Source: Antedon mediterranea (lineage: Eukaryota; Animalia; Echinodermata). From it: a DNA stretch of 64,000 bases. Made by a program: the position numbers and the translations under genes. Positions 12,324 through 26,365 of the stretch are shown piece by piece. The stretch lies in the NCBI RefSeq assembly GCF_964355755.1, contig NC_092673.1, positions 14,666,948 to 14,730,947 of the forward strand. Reading direction: 5' to 3'. Each line of letters opens with the position of its first letter. The first letter of the stretch is position 1. The notes below the pieces were generated by a model. The model ran no database searches, was not told where the DNA came from, and was given only the letters and a program-made list of their open reading frames with translations.

Positions 12324-12837
12324 ATTTTTCTTTCACTTTATGGTGAAATATACTGTATACTTAATATGATATAGAGTATATCTCGTTTTATTACTCGGTG
12401 TACCTGAGTCTAGGACTCTCTCATCTTTTCCTCTTCTTCTTCCATCCGGACACTATTGAGCAAAAAGTGCGATTTATAAAGTACTACTCCTCCCTTATTC
12501 GTTGTAGTATTGAGCTCGGATTTAGCATGAATATACTACAGGGACATGTCCTCAAAGCTATAGAGCCGGATTTTTTAATTTCAAACCGGATGCAGCCATA
12601 TCACGTCTCGAAGATGATACCGTATAGCCGTATTTGGTAGCGCGGTTATTGATGTGTATGTGACGTTACATCCGGTCTTATGACGTCATTACAGCTTCTT
12701 TCGCTGTACCCCGAGTATTGCACATTCGTGCTTGTTTTACTAAGATTTTGAACTACTGAATACATTTTATCACAACAATACTGGTCACAATATAAACAGT
12801 AATAAAATCTCTACTGGATTCGTGTAATTGTATAGAT

Positions 12838-14407
12838 GGGGAACTAGCTCAGATGATAGAGCGCTCGCTTCGCATATGAGAGTTACCGGGATCAATGCCC
12901 GGGTTCTCCAAAAATTATGGTCAAAGTTTATTACCGGTACTGTTACAATTTTTGCTAAGATTTTAAACTACTATATATATTTTATCGCAACAATACTGGT
13001 GACAATACGAATAGTAACAACATATCTACTGGATTTGTGTAATTGTATAGATGGGGAACTAGCTCAGATGGTAGAGCGCTCGCTTAGCATGTGAGAGGTA
13101 CCGGGATCAATGCCCGGGTTCTCCAATAATTTTGGTTAAAGTTTAATACCGGTACTGTTACATTTTTTGCTGAGATTTTAGACTACTATATATATTTTGT
13201 CGCCACAATACTGGTGACAATATGAACAGTAAAAAAATATCTACTGGATTCGTGTAATTGTATAGATGGGGAACTAGCTCAGATGGTAGAGCGCTCGCTT
13301 AGCATGTGAGATGTACAGGGATCAATGCCCGGGTTCTCCAATAATGTTCGTTAAAGTTTATTTCCGGTACTGTTACATTTTTTCCTGAGATTTTAAACTA
13401 CTGTATATATTTTATCGCAACAATACAAGTGACAATATGAACAGTAATAAAATATCTACTTGTTTCGTGCAATATAGATGGGGATCTAGCTCAGATGGTA
13501 GAGCGCTCGCATTGCATGTGAGAGGTACCGGGATCAATGCCCGGGTTCCCAAAATAATTTTGGGCAAAGTTTATTTCCGGTACTGTTACATTTTTTCCTG
13601 AGATTTTAAACTACTGTATATATTTTATCGCAACAATACAAGTGACAATATGAACAGTAATAAAATATCTACTTGTTTCGTGCAATATAGATGGGGATCT
13701 AGCTCAGATGGTAGAGCGCTCGCTTAGCATGTGAGAGTAACCGGGATCAATGCCCGGGTTCTCCAATAATGTTGGTTAAAGTTTATTTCCGGTATTGTTA
13801 CATTTTTGGCTGAGATTTTTAACTACTATATATATTTTACCGCAACAATACTGGTGACAATATGAACAGTAATAAAATAGTTACTGATTTCTTGTAATTC
13901 TACATACGGGGAACTAGCTCAGATGGTAGAGCGCTCGCTTAGCATGTTTGAGGTACCGAGATCAATGCCCGGGTTCTCCAATAATGTTGGTTAAAGTTTA
14001 TTTCCGGTACTGTTATATTTTTCCTGAGATTTTAAACTAATTTATATATTTTATCGCAACAATACTGGTGACAATATGCACAGTAACAAAATAGCTACTG
14101 GATTCATGTAATTGTATAGATGGGGAACTAGCTCAGATGGTAGAGCGCTCGCTTTGCATGTGAAAGGAACCGGGATCAATGCACGTGTTCTCCAATAGTG
14201 TTGGGTAAAGTTTATTTCCGGTACTGTTACATTTTTCATGAGATTTTAAACTAATGTGTATATTTTATTGCAACAATACTGGTGACAATATGAACAGTAA
14301 CAAAATAGCTAATTCATGTAATTGTATAGATGGGAACTAGCTCAGATGGTAGAGCGCTCGCTTTGCATGTGAGAGGTACCGACCGGGATCAATGTCCGGG
14401 TTCTCCA
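12838..14407 (+). tRNA. Tandem tRNA-Ala array, block 1 (8 genes)
   Basis: Genes start at 12838, 13053, 13268, 13480, 13693, 13908, 14122, 14332; ~214-bp unit; 13053-13125 is a perfect Ala(AGC) cloverleaf; CGC and TGC variants present. Confidence 0.92.
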
Positions 14408-14436
14408 ATAATGTTCGTTAAAGTTTATTTCCGGAA

Positions 14437-16105
14437 GACACATTACCATTTAAAAATATAAATATTGTACTCATGTTGATATTTTTGTTTCACTTTATAT
14501 TACAGATAGCACCATTTATAGTCCGACCACTTTGTCATATTTTTAACGTATCCATTTTTACTGGAATTTTTCCTACAGCACTTAAAATAGCTAAAATTAT
14601 CCCTATTTATAAAAAAGATGCCACATTATTTCTAACTATCGTCGGATCGGACATCGTTAATCTATATAATAGGCTCATTGATTTTTTAAACACTAATGAT
14701 ATGGTTTTCGTAAAGAACATTCAACTGACCTAGCATTACTAGATATCTGCAACAAAATCTTCTCTGCTAAATCTAAAAAAACACACCGTTGGAGTCTTTA
14801 TAGATTTATCGAAAGCCTTCGACACTATTAATCATACCATTATTTAAAAATATATAAACTTGAACATTATGGCATTAGAGGACTCTCTCTTCTAGTATTA
14901 TCAAATTATCTTTACGATAGAAAACAGTTTACATATTTTAATTTACTTACAGTACTTGCCTGTAAACTGCGGGGTACTACCATGTAAATGATATCTGAGT
15001 TATTAAATTATATATTAGGCCTATGTGCTGATGATACAAATATGTTTTTTCCATAAAAATATTAATACACTTTTTGAAACACTTAACAGGGAATTACTGT
15101 ATGTCTCAGATTGGTTCAAGACTAATAAACTATCGTTGAATATGGATATTTATTTTTATATTTTTTTATATTTCGCAAGTGACTGAAGACACGTCGAGGA
15201 AATAATAATTTAAAAATCAAAATTGATAATCTTTTGATTAAAGAAAAACAACATTTTCTTGGAATCACAATTGACACCAAAATGAACAGGAAGCAGCAAT
15301 TTCTAAAATATGTGTGGTGTCAATGAATATGGGGGTAATTTTACCAACAAATATTCTTTTTTCATTTTATAATACCATAGTTCTTCCATGTTTGTGGTAT
15401 TGTAACTAATTGTTATAGAGAACTGTTACAATGCCCATTGACTAATACGGAAACAACAAAGTTGGACAATCTCTTTAAATTACAGAAAAAGCGCTTCATA
15501 GGCCTATTTGTTCTAAATCAACTTATCTAGCCCAAGCACTTTTTTCTAAATATAAAACATTAAATATATTTGATATCAATAGTCTGCAATCTCCCTTGTT
15601 TATATACAAATACGAAAAAAATAAACTCCCAAATCATTTAATAACTACTTTATGAAAGACAGTCATGGTCATAATACACGCAATTCAAATGATTATCTTT
15701 TAACTAAATGTACAAATAATTTGATCAAGAACTCTATTAAATACCATGGAGCTAAATTATGGAATCCATGTAGATATTAAAACTTCAAATTTAAATTAGT
15801 ATACAATAACTATTTACTTTCTAGATATGATGAACGTTAAATATATATTTTATAAGACTAGTTAAGATCGAAAATAGAAATCGTAGCTTTGTTTGTAATT
15901 TTGTTTTTTCGTATTTAATGTTATATCTTGGGGTGGGTCAAACTTAAAGTCTTTCTGACTTATATGACTCTCCCCCCACATGATTGAACTACTTTTTATT
16001 GTATTTATCTGCAATTTCATTTATTAACAGATTAGTTTAACATTATGTCATTGTGTATATCATGTATTTTATAATATTGTGGAAATGAATTGAAATTGAA
16101 TTATT
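14437..16105 (+). mobile_element. Degenerate 5'-truncated L2/CR1-type LINE
   Basis: Broken RT pieces (PTALKIAKIIPIYKK, FIDLSKAFDTINH, ADDT) and an AATTGA-like tail at ~16080-16105. Confidence 0.8.
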
Positions 16106-16628
16106 ATTGAATAAAATGACATTAAGACACAGGTCTTCGTGTTCGTGTGGATCTGTTGTCACAAATAATTTAAACAGTAAGCTTTTCAGTGACGTATACG
16201 GAACATTTAGAGAATTTCCCCAGCGATTTTCCATACTTGTGGTAATTTTGATTACCGGATTTCGTATAGACAGTGAAATAGTACTATAGGCGTTTTTCTG
16301 TTACGATTTCAGGACAAAATGTAGGCATTTATAAACTGCAAACATGTGCATGGAATATACTGTGTAGGCATACTGTTATCATTGCATAACGTAATAGATA
16401 GACGAGGTGGTACAATTATCTAGATATTACCGATCATACTGGTGTAATAGAAACTAACAAATAATATTTCCGGCTTTCCGTCATTTTTCGGCTTCAACCA
16501 AAAATCAGTAGTATTATTTAAATTTCTTCAAATATTATCATTATACATAAAATACATTATCATTATACATAAAAGGTTCAGTTAAATGTTTAGTTTGAAA
16601 TTGCACCCGATTCATATAAACATTGCAG

Positions 16629-16649
16629 CAGGGAGTTTTGAACTCCCTG
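16629..16649. mobile_element. 21-bp minimal TIR element or transposon scar
   Basis: CAGGGAGTT-TTG-AACTCCCTG flanked by 7-bp direct repeat ATTGCAG (16622-16628, 16650-16656). Confidence 0.6.
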
Positions 16650-16707
16650 ATTGCAGTAGGCCTATACCTCAAGGAGGTCATTATATAGGCCTACAGTGGC
16701 TAACGAT

Positions 16708-18253
16708 TCAATACCTTAAAAACTTGTTGGCTTGATAGAACAAATCTGCAGTAATAAATCGATAAAACGTTGCCAGTGGAAAGAATGTTATGTTAACAAC
16801 GGCAATAGATTTTCCGAAAAGTACATCATTTGTCTCAAGTCTGTAAACAGTAGGGAGAATTTTGATTTAGCCTTGTCAGGAGAGACCTCTGGCATATCCA
16901 GATACTTTAAATGTTCATAAACACAACCTTAGATGAGTACATTTCAGTATCCGGATAAACTCATGTATCACCCAGCCAGTGAAGTGCATTGGCAATCATT
17001 AGATAAATCAAGCAGCGATTAATAGGCCTAATATCCTTGGCGTGCTCACTGAAAATCCTGGATATTCGAAATTTTATGATGAGTTTTGTCTGTAAACTGG
17101 ATTTATAACTGCCAATAGCATTAGACCAATCTGTCTCGCTATGTAATGGCTAATTTCTGATGTATCCTTTTCAATTGTTTCTGTGAAATACCGAAAATCA
17201 ATTATTAAATTACCACTTGCTGATATGAAGTCACAACCGCTCAATAAAAAATGCTCCGATTAGAGAGAACAAAATTAGTATTTCAATTCGGTTCAGCGAC
17301 TTATAGAATCTGTGTCAATTTTGAGTAAGGTACTTATTGCCAAGTACAGTAGCTATGAGCATGGTACACATGTAAATTATAAGTATGAATATTTGTATAT
17401 TTGTATATAATTGTATAGCAGTAAACACATTGCGTTTGATTATATAATTTAACTCTGTCATACCATGGAGACTCCATGGTCATATATTATGGTAGCGATG
17501 CATAAAAGTACCACAGCTATTATCAATACGATCCAAAAACATCGATTGTAAAGAGAGCTTCTTTGCATAGACTGTACGTGATTTAAGGTTTCATTTGATA
17601 TTGTTGTAGCATGTGCTCTGTTACCTGATTGATAGATTTCTATATTCGTTGTATTATCAAAATAGAAACACGTCAAATAGTGTAGTAAAATACTTACAGC
17701 CAAAATGTTATACTTTTTGGAAAATGGTCGGAGAATATTCTCAGTAATGTTTGAATAGAAGTATGTACAAATATTTGGTTGTAGAACCATAAATCGCCAG
17801 AATTTTTAATTAACGGATTTAAACGTTTCAGTTCCTGACATATTCAGGGTTTATTTCAAGTGCAATACAACTTCTTTCTCAAGCTGAGAATATTTGCAGT
17901 CATAGTTAAGATGAATGCATATTAAAATAAAGAGCAGTTCTTGAAACAAGAACTTCTGAAACTTTTGAACAACTTGACATGAAAAATCGCAAATAGCACC
18001 TGCATACAGTTTGATACTATAAAGATAATTTGTCGATATTTCGATGTGTTTTTAGAAAGTAAAGCCACACATCTACTATTAACTACGATGTATGTCATTG
18101 ATAGAACTACATTGCAAATACCAAATATATAAACACTTATGATCGGAAGACGCTTGGTTGCTAATTTCTCTTGACGGATGGTATTGCAGAAGTGGCTAAC
18201 GTTCAGTGGAAGTCGTGTTTTCGAAGACATCGGATAAGGTCTAACTCATGCCA
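16708..18253 (-). pseudogene. Otopetrin-like (proton channel) pseudogene
   Basis: Multi-TM fragments in otopetrin order: YIFGICNVV, ILRPFSKKYNILAVSILL (cf. LYPF.IEY.L.A), CLIYLMIANALHWL, terminal FPLATFYRF (cf. PL.IFYR.H); several stops/frameshifts; family call from motif recall only. Confidence 0.55.
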
Positions 18254-19019
18254 TAGTCTCTTTTTTTCGCAGAATGTATAGGCCTATCATCATTACTATT
18301 GAAACCGAGTAACTAAGAATACGAATCCAATCTGTAGTATCCTCATGTACAGTATAACGACTACTACTGTAGACAGCAAATATAAAAGCAGTGTAAATTG
18401 AAATGATACAGAAATATACAATCATTGCTGTAACACAACCATCTTCAACTAAACAGCCATCACTTTCTCGATCAGCAATGCTTCATTGCATGATGTTAAT
18501 GTTGCATTTAAAGAAGACATCACCTCTGCGTCACTTTCCATTAACCAGTTTCGATTTTCTGCCACCGTTGCATTCGCATAAAAGTTATCATACTCTCGAC
18601 CTCTTTCATCACCTGACACACACATATACATAGTATTCTGCAGATAAGACAGATCTCCCTGCTGATCTTCTTCATCAAAATTCAGCTTTCCTCAAAATTT
18701 CGATTTCCTTCTAGTATTTCGTTTGAGGAAGAAGACAATATTGTAAGACGTTTCCACGTAGGAAATGTTTCACATATATCAAAATAATGGGTTGTGTTTA
18801 CACCCTTTGATATAAAGTTTACGATACACAACGTATATTAGTTCTGAAAAGAACTGTTGAGTTTCTTGATATGTTGAGTTTTATCAATATGCTTTGATGA
18901 GGAAAGACTTACAAAAGGCATCTTCTATCGATATAAGGATTTAGTCTTTTAGACACAATTTGTCAGGAATTCAATTCAATTAGACACACCTACAAAACAG
19001 TATAATAATATTTGTTTTA

Positions 19020-19835
19020 TTTGTAGAATTCTTGTTACAAGCAAAACGTTTTTAAAAATAAGTAAACAAGAAGTCTATCAAATAAAAACCAGTAAATGTT
19101 TACTTATTTTAAGAAAAGTATTGCTTGAAACAAGAATTCTATCAAATTAAAATTCGTAAATTCTTACTTATATTGGGAAAAAAATTGCTTGAAACAAGAA
19201 TTCTATAAAATATAAATCCTTAAAAATTTATTTTAAGAACGATAAATGAATACTCATTTTAAGTAGGCCTAATATTTTACTTAAATAAATAAATTCAAGA
19301 ATGTTATAAAACATAATATTAATATTAACAATACTGTTATTTTCATTAAGAACTACAATTTACATGACATTAGGTACAATAATATATACAACTTCTTTAA
19401 AACAAACTTGTTTTTATTAATAATAAAATGCCATCAAAAGAAAACTTAAAAACATTAAAATGGTAAAATACAAATTTCGTAAAATTCTTCTCCCGCACCT
19501 GTGCTTTAAACTATTAGGTGTCTTTAAATTTATTAATGTATACTAATGATGATTCAACAGCCTTTGTCAAGTGTACAGGTGTGTCTTCATTACAAATCAC
19601 TAACTGTTAAAGGATAGTGAGGCCTACTTCTTTTCATTTTTGATAATCGAAATCCAGAAGGTAAAAAGTGGAGAGGAGAGTAACTAGAGCCTCATCTAAT
19701 TTTGCTTTCTTTGTAGTTAGAATTGTTTGCTCAACTTTAATGTAGGCCATTTCTGTGTCCAAAAGCAATACCGGCATATTACCTGATCGGCGTGAAGACC
19801 AGGATTCTGGATCTTTATTCATGTTCCTAAACATG
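19020..19835 (-). mobile_element. Probable CACTA/EnSpm-like remnant: short subterminal-type repeats plus accessory-gene exon
   Basis: Repeats of TTGCTTGAAACAAGAATTCTAT at 19020-19210; exon EALVTLLSTFYLLDFDY resembles the A...LF..YY..N..YP motif of CACTA-associated ORFs. Confidence 0.35.
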
Positions 19836-21129
19836 AAAAGAGATTATTATAGTTTTAGTTATTACTGTATTTAAAATATGTGTAACATCATCAACTAATT
19901 GGGTACGGTGTGGTTTTAGAGTCCTATATCTTGGGCGGTAAACACAAAAACATGACGCAATATTAGAACGGTGGTAAGAATAACTTTTCATTATAAGACA
20001 TAAGGGTGGGTGGAATATGCATTTGAACTTTTTAATCACAAATCTCGGGTGGAAACAAGGTAAAAGGTCAAAAGTTGTATTTCCTGCCAACTTTCAAAAA
20101 TATGTTTCATTAAATCTTATATAAATATGGATATTCTGAACAATTTATGACAAAAATAAAGTCTTTATGACCAGGGGTTACCGAGATATGACCCTCGGGT
20201 GGAAATAATGTCAAAGGTCAAAAGTGATATTTTTCATCAAATTTCAAAAATATTTTTCATTAAAGCTAATATAAATATAGATACTCCGAACAATTTAAAA
20301 CAAAAATAAAATCGTTATGACCATTGGTTACCGAGATATGACCCTTATGTAAAAACGAGGTCAAAGGTCAAAAGTCGTATTTCCGGTCATTTTGTATGAA
20401 AATGTTTTATTATAGTACTTAACTGCGTTAAGCTGGATAACTTCTTTTTTATCAAATCGTGTACAGCGTGCTGTATATAATAGTACAGGCTATATGTGAC
20501 ATTTATCCTATGTAACCTTGAAAAAATTCTAATAAAAGGTCTTTTGGTATTTTCTTGTAGCTTTAGGTGTGAATAAATACCAAACAATTTTTGCAGCCTT
20601 CTAGTTGCTGCGTTAGTGAGATATTGAGGGTCAAAGGTCAGTGACCTTTTTGTGGCATTTGATGGCTCATAACTCCTCAATTCCTGGGTTTAAAAAGACA
20701 ACTGTGGTGTCTACATCTATGTTTTAGTGGTCAAACAACAAAATAAAGTTTTTGCAAATTTCGGGTTACTTGTGCCATTGGTCAGATAGTCGGGTCAAAG
20801 GTCATTGACCTTTATTCATTACTAACTACTACTAGTTTAGGACCTGGGTAAGATTTGTATGCATTCAATTTAGGAGAGAATATCTCAACTGTTATAGGAT
20901 AATTAGACCCCAAGGAACAACATGGGATATGTGCCCCCGTTATCGGGGGCGAACATGCCCAAAATCGGAGGCAAAGGTTAGAAATGTGTGGTTGTTATAT
21001 CTCGACAACCAAATCATACAGATTTGCTTTTGGTGTCAAATTGTTCAGAAAATACATATTTATATTCAGTCTAACACAACGTTTACCCCAAAAAATGACC
21101 GGAAATGCTTTTACTGACCTTTGACCAAA

Positions 21130-22835
21130 CTTACTTACTTAATGTCATCCCACTATTAAGTGGGTGCCATGATAATTTGTCTCCACACATCTCTATCAAG
21201 CATGCTCTTTCTCAGTTCACTCAGGTCTAGTTTGGTATCTTTCAACAGAATGTCGAGCGAAGTCAGTTGAGGTCTTCCCTCTTTCCTTTTCTCTTCTGGT
21301 TCCCAAAGGAGAACTCTTGAGGCAGGCTCAGAGCTTCTCATAACATGACCGGCAAGGCCCATGCGACGTCTTTGAATGATGGTCGTAAGACGGGGAAGGT
21401 TGGCATATAGTGTCTTGTTGGTGGCGTGTGAGGACCATGGGATGTTTTGGACTTTCCTCAGCATGCGGGTGTATGCTCCATCCAATGATTTTGAGAGCGA
21501 TGAAGTAAGACTCCATGTCTCACAGCCGTAAAGAAGAATGGCTTCAACTGTTGACTTAAAGAGGCGGATTTTTGTGGACTTGTTGATACGAGATGCCCAT
21601 ATTTTTGAAAGACTGTTCAGCGCACCCCATGCTTGACCAAGTCTTGCTTCGACATCATGGTTAGTGGAAGAACAGTAGCTTCCGAGGTACTTGAAATCCT
21701 CTACTTGTTCTATTGCTGATCCATCCAGTGCGAGAGTTATAGAAGGTGATGAGGGGTTTAAATGTATGAATTGGGTCTTCTTGATGTTTAAGTATAAACC
21801 TATAGCTTGTGTGGCTTGTTGAATTCTGTGCAGTAGATTTTCGGCAGCATGTATGGAATCTTCAAGAATGGCGATGTCATCGGCAAAGTCCAGGTCTGGT
21901 AGTACTTCAGCTGGATGTCTTCTACTACGGCGGAGGGTGAGACCGTCTGATGATGTAGTTGCTGATCGCACTACATAGTCAAGGCAGACAATAAACAAGA
22001 ATGGAGCAAGAGGGTCTCATGGAACTACGCCAGAGTCGATGTTGAAGCAATCAGTCTCACCATCTGGAGTCAGGACAACTGCTGATGTATTGATATACAT
22101 TACTCTGATGGCTTCTACAATTTTATGAGGGATGCCGTATGCTAAGAGGATCTTCATCATGATGTTGCGATTGATGGAATCGAAGGCTTTGCGAAAGTCA
22201 ATAAAGATAATGACTGCCTCTTTGTGATGGTTCTTAACCTCTTCAACAATTCTCCTCAGTGCAAGAATGTGCGTAGTTGTTGATCGTGCCTGACGAAAGC
22301 CATTCTGGTTGGGGCGTAAAACTTCATTAATCACAGGACGTATCCTATTTAAAATCAGGCGATTGTAGATCTTTGCAGCCAATTGTGATAATGAAATACC
22401 CCTGTAGTTATCTGGTTTTGAAAGATCACCTTTTTTCGGGATATGAACGAAATTCCCCATTCTGATGGCCTGTTTCCATCAAGAATTTGATTGCAGAAAG
22501 AAGTGAGAGCTTTCTGGGTGCCAGGTAATTTCCATATTTCGATGGGAAGACCGTCAAGACCAGGTGCTTTGCCAGATTTTATCTGTTTGCAGGCAATTGA
22601 CACCTCAGCCTCGGAGAACCTCTCGGAGCTTATCTGGTGGTTAAGTTGAAGATTTTGACGATATCCATGTCATCTACCACTGAAGTCTCCACCGATAGTA
22701 GTTTGTGGAAGTGAGTTTTCCATGCTAGGAGACGATCCTCTCCCATGATGCAGGCACTTTGAGATCTCTTCCCTGAGAGTTGTTTGACAAGTTGCCATGC
22801 AGATCTTAAGCTGTTGGCCGATGCTGGTTGATCGA
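21130..22835 (-). mobile_element. 5'-truncated RTE-clade LINE, frameshifted
   Basis: KAPGLDG, NYRGISL, QNGFR, FIDFRKAFDSI, FADD, LLYGCETW, R...AGHVMR; (TAAG)n tail; flanked by direct repeat TGACCAAA (21122, 22842). Confidence 0.9.
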
Positions 22836-23049
22836 AAAAAATGACCAAAAAAAAAACACATTTTCTGGTTAAATTATTCTTTAAAATGTCAATGGAGACA
22901 CTGTATGGTATAAAATGGAAGCATATACAATATGCTACCCATTGCTACCCAACTTGTATTGAAATTTTTAATTAGGAATATAACTTTATGGAAAATGTGC
23001 ATAATTGACTTCAGTATTTAGAATTATTATTAATTTATCTTTATCAACT

Positions 23050-24055
23050 GGTACGACCTTTCCTGATGATTTGAAGTTGGGTCTAGTTACATTTATTTTA
23101 AAGAAACCTTCACTGGATCATACTTGCATGGCACATTTTCGATCTATTTCTAATGTCGCTTTTTTATCTAATTGATCCTTGAGAAATGCGTTGCTTTAGA
23201 TCTCATACATTTTCTTGACGACAATAATCTGTTCGACCCTCTTCAATCAGCATATACAAAGCACCACAGTACAGAGTCAGCCATTCTCAAGGTGCATAAT
23301 GATATTATTTTAACTCTGAATAAAGGTAATTGTCTTTTTTCTGTGTACCTCGACCTGTCGGCAGCTTCTGATACCATGGACTATTCCATTCTTATTGCAA
23401 GACTCTCGTCTATTGGTATCTGTGGATCTGCTCTAAATTGGTTCAAGTCATATTTGTCTTCTAGGAAGCAGCAGGTCCGGATTGGTAATGTCAAATCCAC
23501 CTCTATCGACCTGAAATGCGGTGTTCCTCAAGGATCAATACTGGGTCCAGTATTGTTTTTAGTTTACATCTCGCCCATGAGTGATATCATTAAGAGACAT
23601 TGTGTCCAATATCATGTGTACGCAGATGATACACAACTGTACATCAGCTTTAATCCAGCAGAGTTTAATGAGGCGAAATCGGTTATCGAAGCTTGTGTTG
23701 TTGATGTTCAGGATTGGCTAACTAAAAACATGCGCTTTTTAAACCTGGTAAAACAGAAATCTTATTTCTTCATTCAAAACACTTCAAGAAATTGGCCATT
23801 GCTAGAAACATCAATCACATCATTGTTGGAGGTTAGATATATCGGAGTTGTATTTGACTCAGCAACGATTATGTCCAGACATATCAACAACATTAGTAAA
23901 TCTGATACCTACCACCTTCGTAACATAAGATCAATTCGCAAACACACTCCTCGCTTATTAAACTTGTCCATGCACTAATAACACCACGGTTAGACTACTG
24001 CAATGCCATTTTGTTTGGTCTACCAAATAAAGAACTTAATAAACTACAACTAAAT
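23050..24055 (+). mobile_element. L2/CR1-type LINE RT fragment
   Basis: QSAY..HSTE, LDLSAA.DT, GVPQGSILGP, YADDTQLY; frameshifted. Confidence 0.88.
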
Positions 24056-24929
24056 CTTTTCTTTTTTATACCAAATATTTCATTACAACACTAGAATTAT
24101 TTCACCTAAAATAAACTTACATTAATTTATACTCATTTTTGTCTAAATTTAATAAAATATGCATATTTTCCAAAAATAACATCACATAATTAAATACAAG
24201 TTGGGTAGCAATGGGTAGCATATTGTATATGCTTTCATTTGATACCATACAGTGTGTCCATTGACATTTTAAATATTTAACCCGAAAATGTGTTTTTTGG
24301 TCAAAGGTCAGTAAAAGCATTTCCGGTCATTTTTTTGGGTAAAAGTTGTGTTAGACCGAATATAAATATGTATATTCTGAACAATTTGACACCAAAAGCA
24401 AATCTGTATGACAAGTGGTTGTCGAGATATAAGAACCACACATTTCTAACCCTTGACCCCGATTTTGGGCATTTTCGCCCCAGATAACGAATTTGACACA
24501 TATCCCATATTGTTCCTTGTGGTCAAATTATCCTATAACAGTTGAGATATTCTCTCCTAAATTGAATGCATACAAATCTTACTCAGGTCCTACACTAGCA
24601 GTAGTTATTAATGAATAAAGGTCAATGACCTTTGACCCGACTATCTGACCAATGGCAGAAGTAACCCGAAATTTGCAAAAACTTTATTTTGTTGTTTGAC
24701 CACTAAAACATAGATGTAGAAACCACATTTGTCTTTTTAAACCCAGGAGTTGAGTTATGAACCATCAAATGCCACAAAAAGGTCACTGACCTTCGACCCT
24801 CAATACCTCTCTAACGCAGCAACTAGAAGGCTGCAAAAATTTTTTGGTAATTATTGACACCTAAAGCTACAAGAAAATACCAAAAGACCTTTTATTAGAA
24901 TTTTTTCAAGGTCAAACCATATATAGCCT

Positions 24930-26365
24930 CTACTATAAAGGCAAATCTTCAGACTGGTTGCCTGTTAAATCAGGCGTGCCGCAAGGGTCTGTTTTGGGTC
25001 CGTTGCTTTTTGTCATGTATGCTAATGACCTTCATCTATACATTACATCTAGTATTATACAATACGCTGATGATGTGTTCATTTTTCGCAATGTTTGCAC
25101 TAGGGATTCAGACCTAAATATTCAAAAAGATCTAACGTCTATTGATTTTTGGGCAAAATAAAATTGCCTCAAACTGAATCCCAATAAATGCAAATCTATG
25201 CGACTTACTTGGAGAAGAGGATATCCCAAACCTATATACAGCATTTCTGATACACTTTTAGATTGTAATGATTCATTAAACATTTTAGGCTGCTCAATAC
25301 AAAGTAACTTGTCATGGGACAATCAAGTTCAGGATGCAGTATCAAATTGTAACCGTCTTATTGGTCTTATACGGTTAATCACATCTAATGCCCCTAGTAG
25401 TGTAGCTCTCCATCTTTATAAGACACTTGTGCTGCCATGCTTATATTATTGTTCTCCGGTGTGGTGGGTGTACCGTAAAAAACATATAAATATGCTAGAA
25501 TCCGTTCAGAGGAGAGCTACCTGCATGATCTTGAAGAAAGGTTATTTAGATCAACATTATATAGATAGAAGAAAGGAGCTAGGTCTAATGTCAGTAGAGA
25601 ATAGGCGTGATTTCTTAAACATGACATTCATTGCCAATATAATAATTTCTCCACGATCTGATTTTATGAGTGAATATGTTGATTCTTTTTTAGTTAATAA
25701 TCGACACCTAGATATACTCACCTTTCATCATGGTAGAGCTCGTACTGATGCTTTTAAATACTCAGGCATAGTACGGTTTCCTAAAATGTTTTCAGAACTT
25801 GGTGCTACGATCAGAAACAATCTTATTGAAGAGTCGTTTTTTAAGTTTAAACACAGTTTAAAGCAACATTTTATAGATTTTTAACTTTTCATATTTTTAT
25901 TAACATGATTGTACCTACTTTGAATTTTTTAACTTTTTAACTTTATACAATCAGAATTTTCAACTTTTATAAAATCAGAATTTTTAACTTTTATACAATC
26001 AGAATTTAACTTTTATACAATCAGAATTTTTAACTTTTATACATTCATAATTTTTAACTTTTATTCAATCAGAATTTTTAACTTTTATACAATCAGAATT
26101 TTTAACTTTTACACAATCAGATTGTTCAGATAGCAATTGCATTTTTATAACACTTTTGTTAACTTTTATTATACCTTATTTTTCTATGTATTTTTCTAAA
26201 TTTGTTAAATGTCGGTTTTATTGTATCGTTCAAGTTGACAGGGGCTGGTCAAGCACATCACAAGATGACAGTTTTATACTTTTGCTTTTCCGCTACTCTC
26301 CTGTTATACTTATATGTTTGTTTTTTTGCTATGTAGAAAGATTGAAAATAAAAAATAAAATAAAT
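24930..26365 (+). mobile_element. CR1/L2-type LINE 3' fragment
   Basis: SGVPQGSVLGP, YADD, in-frame stop at 25159-25161, LESVQRRAT; A-rich tail at ~26345-26365. Confidence 0.85.
25925..26125 (+). repeat. Minisatellite, ~24-bp unit AATCAGAATTTTTAACTTTTATAC, ~8 copies
   Basis: Direct tandem repeats in the LINE 3' UTR. Confidence 0.85.

Larger units (their letters stand above)
11142..12731 (+). mobile_element. Tandem Helentron/DINE-1-like (HINE) non-autonomous elements inserted in the T-tract of an Ala spacer
   Basis: 5' subTIR TACTCGGGGTAC (11142, 11846, variant 12392), 3' subTIR GTACCCCGAGTA plus hairpin GCACATTCGTGC (ends 11840, 12731), T-rich flanks; Ala spacer sequence resumes after 12731. 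Confidence 0.7.
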
